NCBI GenBank assembly: GCA_938045545.1
Contig: CALIBN010000034.1
Span: forward strand, 1 to 30,458
Direction: 5' to 3'
DNA: 30,458 nt
Origin: an uncultured archaeon
GTDB taxonomy: Archaea > Thermoproteota > EX4484-205 > JAAOZP01
Every line of letters starts with the position of its first letter. Positions within the stretch are counted from its first letter, which is position 1. Of this stretch, positions 1 through 8,410 are shown in pieces. Under the pieces are notes generated by a model. It did not search any database. It was not told the origin of the DNA and saw nothing but the letters and a program-made list of their open reading frames with translations. The position numbers and the translations under genes were made by a program.

Positions 1-210
1 GATTCTGCTCGGCCAAGCCCACTGCACGCTCAGGGGCGTTTCACCCCAGCCCTCGGCGACGCGGCCAAACCTATCAACCACGGTGAGGCGCACGCGGGCG
101 CAGGTCACGTAAGTCAGGGTCTCCGGGCCAAACTTGAGGGGAATGCGTGTCTTCACGGGTAGGAAGTAAAGTGCAACTCCGGTGGTATGTGCATCATTCT
201 CATTGACCAC
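1..210 (-). CDS. Partial (runs off the window) enolase-superfamily protein, mandelate racemase/muconate lactonizing enzyme-like; copy A
   Basis: Manual translation from GTG at 210: MVNENDAHTTGVALYFLPVKTRIPLKFGPETLTYVTCARVRLTVVDRFGRVAEGWGETPLSVQWAWPSRI. The PLKFG...V.LTV....G..GWGE pattern matches the N-terminal capping domain of MR/MLE proteins. An AAAGGAGG Shine-Dalgarno-like motif lies about 9 nt upstream on the minus strand. Alternative GTG at 216. Not in the ORF track. Confidence 0.75.
   Translation of the reverse strand, partial: MVNENDAHTTGVALYFLPVKTRIPLKFGPETLTYVTCARVRLTVVDRFGRVAEGWGETPLSVQWAWPSRI
1..210. repeat. Left arm of terminal inverted repeat (pairs with 30249..30458)
   Basis: 1..141 is the exact reverse complement of 30318..30458. 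142..210 aligns without gaps to 30249..30317 with 16 mismatches in 69 nt. Confidence 0.97.
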
Positions 211-421
211 GGTCACTCGCCTCCTTTCGGCATATTCCGCTATCTAGCATCCAGTTAGTCCACATAGGATAATGCTTTAAATTTTTCTTCCAAGAAGGCT
301 TGAGCGACTGCCGCTAATCTCCAGTAAACATCCGCGCATGCTAGAGGAAGGCAGACATTTTCTCTATACTAACCTTTTTAATGCTTAAATACGAATTCTG
401 AAAAATAGTCGGAGCAGTAAG

Positions 422-1993
422 ATGATGAGAACCGTTTCCTCATGGATCGACTTCATCAACTCCGGACCTGGGACGAATAGGCTGGCGGAGATATATGGAG
501 CGGACTTCGTGGAGGATAGAAGGAGAGCCATCCTGAACACATTGAGGCGGTTCGGAGAAACCTATGGTTTTGAAAGAAACGTAATCATAGTCAGAGTACC
601 TGGAAGGGTAAACCTTATGGGTAGACACGTAGATCACAGAGGGGGATTTGTAAACCCGATAGTGATTCCAAGAGAAGTCATAATGGTAGCTGAAAGAAGA
701 GAGGACTCTTGCATCGAGATTCATAACTTGGAGGAAAGGTTTGAGTCTGGAAAGTTTGAAATCGGAGAAGAATTGCCTGCGAGAAAAATATCTTCGATAG
801 ATGAATGGAGAAGGTGGACTCTGGAAAACATCGAGAGGAAACCGGAGAGGGAGAGGAGATCTTGGATAAACTATGTTAAGTCGGTATGCTACCTTCAGAA
901 TGTTTACATGGATGACGGCTCATATAGGAAAAGGCTTCTCGGGGCGAACATTATCTGCTATGGGGATATACCTAGGTCCGCAGGGCTTTCCTCATCGTCG
1001 GCGCTGGTCGTCGCCACGTACTTGACGGTTTCAAACCTTAACGATCTTGAAATCCCGAGGGAGAAGATGGTTGAATACACGGGCATAGGGGAATGGTACG
1101 TTGGAACCAGGGGTGGATGGGGGGATCAGGCAGCGATGCTCTTCTCGAAAAAAGGCTTCGTAAGTCATATCGGCTTCTTCCCGTTCAAAATATCCTTCAT
1201 CCCCTTTCCAACCGGGGTCAGCATCATTCTTTGCAACTCCTTTGTTGCAGCAAGCAAGATGACTGGGGCACAGAGCATTTTCAACGAAAAGGTTTCCACA
1301 TACGAGTTCGGGTTCGAGCTCATGAAGAAGTTCAACCCTGAATTAAAGAGGTTCGAGTATTTGAGAGATATTAATCCTGAGAATTTTGAAACTGTTGAAA
1401 TATATAGGATGATTAAATCCCTGCCTGAGAAAATAAGCAGGAGTGAGCTTAGAAGCCTACTGCCCGAGAAAGAGGAATGGTTGAACAGGCTTTTTAAAGA
1501 GCATAAGGAGCCTAAGGAAGGGTATGACTTAAGGGGGGTGTGCTTATTCGGGATTTCAGAATGCGAGCGGAGCAGGAAAACAGAACTGGTTCTACCGGGG
1601 GACGTGGAGCTTTTCGGAAGGCTGATGAATGTTTCACACGACGCGGATAGGGTGGTTAAATCAGGTGTAAAATGGCACGTAAGAGTATCTGATGAATACT
1701 TGGAGAGGCTTATCCGTTCAGAGGGCGAGGCAAGGCTAGAGTTTCAATCGGGCTACTATGGTTGCGGAACTGGGGAGACTGATTTCCTGGTTGACACAGC
1801 GTTAAAAGTCCCAGGTACCCTTGGAGCATCAATAGTGGGTGCCGGCCTAGGGGGTTGCGTCGAGATACTCGTGGATAAGAATGCTGTGGGCAAAGTCGTA
1901 GACTTCTTGGTGAAAGAGTATTATTTTGACGAGGACAGGCAAAAAAACGGCATAATGCTGGTTAGCCCTGTTGAGGGCGCCTGTCTTATTTGA
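422..1993 (+). CDS. GHMP-family sugar-1-kinase (galactokinase-like, divergent substrate motif)
   Basis: PGRVNLMGRHVDH (GalK motif I, normally PGRVNLIGEHxDY), IPRSAGLSSSSA ATP-binding loop, C-terminal GAGLGGC motif. Confidence 0.88.
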   Translation: MMRTVSSWIDFINSGPGTNRLAEIYGADFVEDRRRAILNTLRRFGETYGFERNVIIVRVPGRVNLMGRHVDHRGGFVNPIVIPREVIMVAERREDSCIEIHNLEERFESGKFEIGEELPARKISSIDEWRRWTLENIERKPERERRSWINYVKSVCYLQNVYMDDGSYRKRLLGANIICYGDIPRSAGLSSSSALVVATYLTVSNLNDLEIPREKMVEYTGIGEWYVGTRGGWGDQAAMLFSKKGFVSHIGFFPFKISFIPFPTGVSIILCNSFVAASKMTGAQSIFNEKVSTYEFGFELMKKFNPELKRFEYLRDINPENFETVEIYRMIKSLPEKISRSELRSLLPEKEEWLNRLFKEHKEPKEGYDLRGVCLFGISECERSRKTELVLPGDVELFGRLMNVSHDADRVVKSGVKWHVRVSDEYLERLIRSEGEARLEFQSGYYGCGTGETDFLVDTALKVPGTLGASIVGAGLGGCVEILVDKNAVGKVVDFLVKEYYFDEDRQKNGIMLVSPVEGACLI

Positions 1994-2034
1994 AACTCAA
2001 ACTTTAAAAAAGGTTCTTACTTCCAGGTTTCATC

Positions 2035-4368
2035 ATGGAAAGCAGGTCTGAAGAGACAATTAGGGATAGCACCGTTGCGATCGTCCCCGCCGGGGGCTCG
2101 GGCTTCAGGTCTACGCCCCTCTGGACCAGGTTGAACCCGTATACTGACACTATTTCGAAGCCTGCGATGAGAGACCTCTTCTGGAGGAAAACCTACTTGG
2201 ACACCATATTCAGCACCATAATGCGATGCGGCCTGGTTAAGTCGATTCTTCTCTCAGTCGGCAGAAAGGTGGTGGAGAGCGTTGAGGAGTGTAAAGATGA
2301 ACGAGACCTTATAGACCTTAAGGCGCTGATGGATCTGAAGGCTGTGGCTGCGAAATGGGCGAATGTCAGGATTTTTTTCGACAACCCTGGTGACAAGGGT
2401 ACTGGTGCTGCAGCAACCAGCTTTGAGGGCAAAAAGCTTGTTAAGGAGAGCGGGGCGAAATACGTTTTCATATACTACGGGGATGTGCCGACCGTTCCTC
2501 CTGAAGAGATAAGGAGCATTATAATGAGCCACGTGTCTTCAGGCGCGAAGATCACTATTGTCACGTCAGACAAGGGTGATGCATTCATGTACGGGAGGAT
2601 AGTTAGACATCCGAAGAAGGTTTTAGGTATGGTAGATGAAAAAGATGTCAAGGATGAGAAATCGCTGAACATAAACAGGATGATTAAAAGTGGGGAGTTG
2701 ATTGCGCTTAGGCTTCCAGAGGTGGATGCTGGGAAATACGGCGAATGGGCCTCATACGTTTTCCTGAGGAAGCAGGATGTTGATAAGGCTGGAGACAAAA
2801 TATGTATATACCATCCTATAAGGGAGGCTCTTCCGGGGGGGAAAATAGTTCTTTCAAGAGAACAGATTGAGAAGAGAAGGGTTAAGCTAGATGGTAAGGC
2901 TCTGCTTTTCGACCCTATGTCAGACGAATTTTTAGATATTAAGGAGCAGGATGAAATCGGGGTTACTGAAGAGCAGAGGAGAAGCATCGGCTCACTGGAG
3001 GTGAACATGCTTGACTTTAAGGTTTCAACAGACTATCTTAACGCAATAAGAGAGAGAAACACGGGTTTAATGGTGATGAACTCTGAGGTCTATCTTAACG
3101 TGGTAAGGGATGTTGATGCCCCTAACTACGGGCGAGTTTTAAAAGACGGTTTGGAGATTGTAGTGCCGAACTCAGAGGTTTTTTCGTTAAAACCTGGTGA
3201 AAAGAGATACGGATTGTCTAGAGAGGAGCTGCTTTCAGTGAATACGTGCAGAAGGATTGGGCCGAGCCAGCCCGGGATATACGTTTTGGAAAGGCATCCT
3301 GGCGGCGAGTACTTCCTGCCGGAGGTCTCTAAAGAGGCTGTCTCAAAAGGGGAGAAGGTTAACATATACCTGCTTAAGGGTGAGGAGGGCGTTGGTGAAG
3401 GGTATGATTATAGGAGCGAGGCTAGAGTTGGGGCGATGCTTCAGTCTAGGAGATTAGTTAAGACGCTTGTGGAGAAAGGCTGCGTCGTGGAGGAGGATGC
3501 TGCAATAACTGTAGATGAGGGTTTTGACGCTGGCAGGATAGGAAGGGGGGTTGTTTTCTCAGGCAGGGTCGATATAAGGGGGGATGTAACCATAGGGGAG
3601 AATTCGCGGGTAAGCAATTCTTTCATTATAGCTATATCCCCATATACTGTTAGGATTGGGAAAAACACTAAGATAGTTGATTCTGTTGTAGTAAGCTCAA
3701 CTATTGGAGAAGAGGCAGTGTTGGAGAAGTGCGATGTCTTCCAAGCTGAAGTCGCGGCCTTCAAGACTCTGAGGGACACAGTGGTTTATTCGAAGGACGG
3801 TGAGACCTACACGTGGATAAGGGGAGCCCCAAAGCTGGATACTGCCGGCTTGGAAACATTAGAGGGGTGTTCCTTGGAATCTCTCGAGAAGATTTTCGGA
3901 GTTACTATTGACGTGGGTGCGCGAATATACGTGGAGCCCAGGGTGAAACGTTTTCTGCAGGATATTATGATGGTCGCCGAAAAAGAGGGCGGCTTAAAGA
4001 AGTTCGACAAGAAGTTCACGAGACAATTAAGGTCTTTAGCTTTCACTGAAATACCTGGGTTGGAAGAGTATAATGATGTTCATTTCTATGTCGGTGTCAA
4101 TTCTTTTCTGAGCGGGGAAATCGTTTTCAGAGGAGAGGTCCACGTGAAACCCTGGTGCGTATTGCACAACTCAATGATAGAAAGGAGCAGGATCGAGAGG
4201 GGTGCCATAGTGTGGAACAGCATTCTGAAAAGATGCGTGGTTAACAGCTCGCTCGAGAAAAGGACAATAATCGACAGGGAGAGCCTTAGCAACATGGTTG
4301 TTGATGAAGGGTGGAAATCAGCAGGGAGCGGATGGAAAAGCTTAATAATCTTTAAACACGGAGAGTAG
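2035..4368 (+). CDS. GlmU-like sugar-1-phosphate nucleotidyltransferase with insertions and C-terminal hexapeptide (left-handed beta-helix) repeats
   Basis: AIVPAGGSGFRS...SKP signature, GTGAA, YYGDVP, YGRIVR, ERNTGLMV, GEYFLPEV, followed by [IV]G-xx-rich repeats (IGENSRV, IGKNTKI, IGEEAVL, IERGAIV). Confidence 0.8.
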   Translation: MESRSEETIRDSTVAIVPAGGSGFRSTPLWTRLNPYTDTISKPAMRDLFWRKTYLDTIFSTIMRCGLVKSILLSVGRKVVESVEECKDERDLIDLKALMDLKAVAAKWANVRIFFDNPGDKGTGAAATSFEGKKLVKESGAKYVFIYYGDVPTVPPEEIRSIIMSHVSSGAKITIVTSDKGDAFMYGRIVRHPKKVLGMVDEKDVKDEKSLNINRMIKSGELIALRLPEVDAGKYGEWASYVFLRKQDVDKAGDKICIYHPIREALPGGKIVLSREQIEKRRVKLDGKALLFDPMSDEFLDIKEQDEIGVTEEQRRSIGSLEVNMLDFKVSTDYLNAIRERNTGLMVMNSEVYLNVVRDVDAPNYGRVLKDGLEIVVPNSEVFSLKPGEKRYGLSREELLSVNTCRRIGPSQPGIYVLERHPGGEYFLPEVSKEAVSKGEKVNIYLLKGEEGVGEGYDYRSEARVGAMLQSRRLVKTLVEKGCVVEEDAAITVDEGFDAGRIGRGVVFSGRVDIRGDVTIGENSRVSNSFIIAISPYTVRIGKNTKIVDSVVVSSTIGEEAVLEKCDVFQAEVAAFKTLRDTVVYSKDGETYTWIRGAPKLDTAGLETLEGCSLESLEKIFGVTIDVGARIYVEPRVKRFLQDIMMVAEKEGGLKKFDKKFTRQLRSLAFTEIPGLEEYNDVHFYVGVNSFLSGEIVFRGEVHVKPWCVLHNSMIERSRIERGAIVWNSILKRCVVNSSLEKRTIIDRESLSNMVVDEGWKSAGSGWKSLIIFKHGE

Positions 4369-4385
4369 CGTCTGGAGGGTTAGAA

Positions 4386-5975
4386 ATGTCAGAATACTCT
4401 GTTTCACCAGACGGGGTTAAGTATAGAATTCCTTCTAGAGAAGAGTTGAAGGCTGAGCTTACAAGCATAAATAGGATTGTTGAGGACCAGCGGGCCAGGG
4501 GGAGGGAGATAGTTACAGTCATGGGGCTGGGTTTCGTCGGAGCGGTCATGGCCGCGGTCGTCGCGGATGCTAAGGATTCCCCATACTTTGTGCTAGGCTA
4601 TCAAAGGCCTTCTAAAAGATCCTATTGGAAGATTCCCTATATAAACTCTGGGAAGCCTCCTGTTAGCGCGGAGGACCCTGAGATACCTGAAATATTCAGG
4701 AGGACTGTTCTTGAAAAGAAAACACTTATGGCTACGAGCTGTGAGGAATCGCTGGGTCTTGCAGACATAATAGTGGTTGACATACAGCTTGACGCGGCTA
4801 AGCCTGTTTTCGGAAAAGCTGAAGCAGGGTATGTTGAGCTGGACGCTTTTAAAGCCGGGTGTAGAACAATAGGGAAATACATGAAGGAGGATGCTCTCGT
4901 TCTCGTTGAAACCACCGTACCTCCTGGTACCTGTGAGAGGATCGTGCTTCCAATTCTCAAGGAGGAGAGGGAGAAAAGGGGCATAACTAAGCCGCCGCAT
5001 CTGGCTCATTCCTATGAGAGGGTCATGCCAGGCAGGAAATACGTCAGCTCGATAAGGGACTTCTGGAGGACTTGGGCTGGAATAGACACGGAGAGCGCCG
5101 AGCTTGCTCGAAGATTCTTATCACGTGTGATAACCTATCCTCTCTACGAGGCTGAAAACACAACTGCCTCTGAGGTCGCGAAAGTACTGGAGAACTCCTA
5201 CAGGGCTGTGAACATAGCTTTCATATATGATTGGACGCTTAGGGCTGAGGAAATAGGGATAGACCTTTGGAAGGTTCTCCCCGGGATAAGGGTTCGCCCG
5301 ACTCACAGCAACATTATGAACCCCGGGCTGGGCGTCGGCGGGTACTGTTTAACAAAGGACAGCGTGCTGGCTAACTGGGCTTTCAGGGAAATATTCGGGT
5401 GCAGCGACGGCGTACCATACACTATTGAAGCGATAAACATAAACGATAAAATGCCACTTCACACCGCTGACCTGGTTGCGGATGCTCTCAGGGAAACCGA
5501 TAGGGAGATTAAAGGCTCAACTGTAGCGGTTCTCGGAGCCTCGTATCTTGCTGACATTGGTGATACTCGTCACTCGCCTTCAGAGATCCTGATAAGAAGG
5601 CTTAAGGAGATGGGTGCTGAAATAAGGGTTCACGATCCCTATGTGAAGGTCTGGCCGGAATTCTCTCAGCAGGATGAGGATGAGTTCTCACTTGCAAAGC
5701 AATTCCGGAACCAGGAGGACTTGAAGAGTCTGAGGGTTGAGCAAGATCTAGATAAGGTTGTTAAGGGTGCTGACGCCATAGTTTTTGCTGTCAGGCATAG
5801 CGTTTACCTTCAGCTGGAGCCTAAGGATGTCCTAAGGATGAACGGGGGTGCTCCAGCGATAGTGGATGCTTTCAACATAATCGACGATAATAAGATAATT
5901 GAATACTTGAAGAACGGATGTGCTGTCAGAGGCGTTGGAAAAGGCCATATAAAAAGGCTTAAACAGTTAATATAG
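4386..5975 (+). CDS. Nucleotide-sugar dehydrogenase (UDP-glucose/GDP-mannose/UDP-N-acetylhexosamine 6-dehydrogenase family)
   Basis: Rossmann GLGFVG, ETTVPPGT, ERVMPG, KVLENSYRAVNIAF, catalytic GVGGYCLTKD, C-terminal DTRHSP and HDPYV. Confidence 0.93.
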   Translation: MSEYSVSPDGVKYRIPSREELKAELTSINRIVEDQRARGREIVTVMGLGFVGAVMAAVVADAKDSPYFVLGYQRPSKRSYWKIPYINSGKPPVSAEDPEIPEIFRRTVLEKKTLMATSCEESLGLADIIVVDIQLDAAKPVFGKAEAGYVELDAFKAGCRTIGKYMKEDALVLVETTVPPGTCERIVLPILKEEREKRGITKPPHLAHSYERVMPGRKYVSSIRDFWRTWAGIDTESAELARRFLSRVITYPLYEAENTTASEVAKVLENSYRAVNIAFIYDWTLRAEEIGIDLWKVLPGIRVRPTHSNIMNPGLGVGGYCLTKDSVLANWAFREIFGCSDGVPYTIEAININDKMPLHTADLVADALRETDREIKGSTVAVLGASYLADIGDTRHSPSEILIRRLKEMGAEIRVHDPYVKVWPEFSQQDEDEFSLAKQFRNQEDLKSLRVEQDLDKVVKGADAIVFAVRHSVYLQLEPKDVLRMNGGAPAIVDAFNIIDDNKIIEYLKNGCAVRGVGKGHIKRLKQLI

Positions 5976-5990
5976 ACGATTCAAAACTAA

Positions 5991-7259
5991 TTACTTTAGA
6001 TGGTAAATGTTCAAAGCGTTTTCGTAAAGCAGGCGTCTTGCCGCTTCAAGCGCGAGCTCCACATCTAAATAACCTTTTTCAACTAGATAGTTCAATGTAA
6101 GGGAAAGCTGGTGTTTAACGAGTTGCTCCTTTCCGAAAACCCATTCTGGAACATGAGCATCGCTGAAGAACGCGCACCACTTGTTCACTGGCAGCATTTG
6201 AAGTTTCTCAATCGTTCTCTCCATCATTATGGAAGGATAGTATGAATACCACCAGAAACCCGAGGCGAAAACATTCCTATAGTTCTTAGCAATAACGTTA
6301 AGCTCATGGGTCTGCGTCCTGCTTGCCGATATTAGGTCGAAGCTAACATCCCTATACTCATAGAACAATGGGCAGAGCGAGAGCAGCTGTCCGGGCTCAT
6401 TGACGACTATCGCGTAGTCTGGCGGAGAAGCTCCGATAACAGGCCTTTCAACACCCAACATTAATTGAAAAACAATCTCTCCGTCCTTAATCAACTTGAG
6501 GAACTCATTTACTACAAAAGATAGTAGTGCATTTTTCTCCTCTATGGTCATGCTTCCTCCAGCTTCCGCCCTCCGGATCGCATCCTCAACGAGCCCTTCT
6601 CTAGGATCAATAATGATGCGTTCACTAGGGTTCAGGCTAATAGTGATCGTTGAAATACGGCTCTTAAACTTGTCGAATATTTCTGCCACAGCATCCCTCA
6701 TGCTCCTAGCGTTGTTCACTTTCAGCGAGAACATGTCTTCAAGCATTCTAAATGATTCCTTCGAGATTTCCTTCGAGATTCTTTCAAGCCTTAGAGAGCC
6801 TGTGAAGAAAGAAGAGTCGAAATCTAGATCCGTATCTGTAAATTGCAGAGTTAGAAAAGCTTTCTCAACTTTAACTCTTTCCCTCAGGAATCTGATGCCG
6901 TTGAAGTTTTTCTCAAAATCTGCGAATCTGTCTAGAAGCAGGGGGAAGCTTTTCTCTGTCAACTCCTCTTTGAAACCAAAAAGGCTTAAAACCCTTCTTA
7001 AAGCCCAGAAAGTCGAGGTGTTTCTCACGTTTTTCAGGAAGGGTATGATTCTCCTAACCTTTTCGACAGGATCTTCTAAACTAAGTATTTCCCTAGGCAT
7101 TCCTGAGGAAACCAATTCGGTGGCGATGTAATGGTAGAGCACTATTTCAGATAAATCCTTAGCCTTCAATGCCCGAGGATTCAGATGGGTATGTATGTCT
7201 ACGAGTGGAATGTCGGGAATCTCTTCAAAAATCATGGAACAACGTTTTTCCTTCTCCAT
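5991..7259 (-). CDS. uxaC: Uronate (glucuronate) isomerase-like protein, amidohydrolase fold
   Basis: DIHTH metal motif, IVLYHY, FQLMLG, GFWWY and FFSDA motifs. Start placed at ATG 7259 (MEKEK) instead of 7313, because 7313 overlaps the divergent ORF and a TATA box lies at 7285-7292. Confidence 0.78.
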   Translation of the reverse strand: MEKEKRCSMIFEEIPDIPLVDIHTHLNPRALKAKDLSEIVLYHYIATELVSSGMPREILSLEDPVEKVRRIIPFLKNVRNTSTFWALRRVLSLFGFKEELTEKSFPLLLDRFADFEKNFNGIRFLRERVKVEKAFLTLQFTDTDLDFDSSFFTGSLRLERISKEISKESFRMLEDMFSLKVNNARSMRDAVAEIFDKFKSRISTITISLNPSERIIIDPREGLVEDAIRRAEAGGSMTIEEKNALLSFVVNEFLKLIKDGEIVFQLMLGVERPVIGASPPDYAIVVNEPGQLLSLCPLFYEYRDVSFDLISASRTQTHELNVIAKNYRNVFASGFWWYSYYPSIMMERTIEKLQMLPVNKWCAFFSDAHVPEWVFGKEQLVKHQLSLTLNYLVEKGYLDVELALEAARRLLYENALNIYHLK

Positions 7260-7284
7260 GTTTTCTTCTGAAAAGATGTTAGGC

Positions 7285-7325
7285 TTATAAATATTATGCA
7301 TGCTTCGAGTCAAATCCTTTATATA
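7285..7325. promoter_or_regulatory. Back-to-back archaeal TATA boxes of a divergent promoter
   Basis: ATTTATAA on the minus strand (7285-7292) is about 26 nt before ATG 7259. TTTATATA on the plus strand (7318-7325) is about 30 nt before ATG 7356. Both spacings fit leaderless or short-leader transcripts. Confidence 0.6.
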
Positions 7326-7355
7326 CCGCTTCCATTTAACAGTGGACGAAGTGGG

Positions 7356-8402
7356 ATGAACGAAAAGAAAGTAAGAGTAGGGATAATCGGGTGTGGCATC
7401 GTTGCTGGTTCACATGTTTCAGGTTATTTGAAGTCAGGCATGGCTGAGATCATAGCTCTCTCCGACAGCAGGGTTGAAAGAGCTAAGGCTCTGGCTGAGA
7501 AATACAGCCTCCCACGAGTGGGTATCTATGAAAACTATGAAGACTTGTTGAAAGACAGGAATATTGATGCAGTAAGCATTTGCACTCCGCATCACTTGCA
7601 TGCTGAAATAACAGTGAAGGCTGCGGAACAAGGGAAGCATGTTCTCTGCGAAAAACCTATAGCAATATCCTTAAAACAGGCTGACGAGATGATCCGTGCC
7701 TGTCGAAGAAACGAGGTTAAACTCGCAGTGGTTTTTCAAAACCGTTTTTCCCCTGATGTTCAAAGGGTTAAGAAAGAGTTTGAGAGGGGAGACTTCGGAA
7801 TTCCGATATACGGTGAGGCTGTTGTCAAATGGTACCGGGAGGATAAGTCCTACTATCATATGGATGATGTTGCAAAGTCTTGGCGCGGAAAATGGTCTAC
7901 GGAAGGCGGTGGGGCCTTAATAAATCAAACCATACATTTGGTCGATATGCTGCAATGGATAATGGGGCCCGTCGAATATCTTTATGGAATATACGACACC
8001 ATGATGCATAATATAGAAACCGAGGACATCGCGGTTTCAATACTGAAGTTTAAGAATGGTGCCATAGGCTTTATACTGGGGAGTGTCAACCTCCAGCCTC
8101 AAGAGGATTGGGTAGCAATCTACGGGAGTAAAAAATCAATAGTCATCGGAAGCGATAAGATGGTTGCAAAAGAGTGGGATGAGAAAAGCGGGACAAGAGT
8201 TAGAAGCGTTGAGGAAAGAAAGGAGACGCTAACCCCCTTTATAGGCCACGATGATGCTGTTAGGGATTTTCTCGAGGCAATAGTTTTAGACAGGGCTCCT
8301 GCAGTCCCAGGTGAGGAAGCTAGGAAGTCGCTTGAGATCGTTCTAGCCATCTACAAGTCTCATAGAACCGGAGGCAGAGTGACTCTCCCCATCGTTGAAT
8401 AA
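7356..8402 (+). CDS. Gfo/Idh/MocA-family NAD(P)-dependent sugar oxidoreductase
   Basis: VGIIGCG, DAVSICTPHHLH, GKHVLCEKP, FQNRF, GGGALINQTIHLVD. Start placed at MNEKKVRVG (7356) rather than 7296. Confidence 0.93.
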   Translation: MNEKKVRVGIIGCGIVAGSHVSGYLKSGMAEIIALSDSRVERAKALAEKYSLPRVGIYENYEDLLKDRNIDAVSICTPHHLHAEITVKAAEQGKHVLCEKPIAISLKQADEMIRACRRNEVKLAVVFQNRFSPDVQRVKKEFERGDFGIPIYGEAVVKWYREDKSYYHMDDVAKSWRGKWSTEGGGALINQTIHLVDMLQWIMGPVEYLYGIYDTMMHNIETEDIAVSILKFKNGAIGFILGSVNLQPQEDWVAIYGSKKSIVIGSDKMVAKEWDEKSGTRVRSVEERKETLTPFIGHDDAVRDFLEAIVLDRAPAVPGEEARKSLEIVLAIYKSHRTGGRVTLPIVE

Positions 8403-8410
8403 AGAGCCAG

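Noticed and set aside
1-141. Terminal inverted repeats as the ends of a linear plasmid, virus or transposon
   Set aside because: The repeats are internal parts of a metabolic ORF cut mid-gene, and their length equals a common assembler k-mer. No transposase, terminal protein, polymerase or capsid gene is present.
2640-3050. Possible intein in the nucleotidyltransferase insertion
   Set aside because: No C/S start paired with an HN-C/S/T end, and no LAGLIDADG motif seen.
6756-6779. Exact 12-nt tandem repeat (ISKE-ISKE) in the uronate isomerase gene
   Set aside because: In-frame micro-duplication with two copies only; no sign of a contingency locus.
6496-7131. 211-aa plus-strand ORF, and the many other 60-180 aa ORFs nested within called genes
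   Set aside because: Mostly Ser/Leu/Phe-rich antisense or off-frame shadows lying within well-supported genes.
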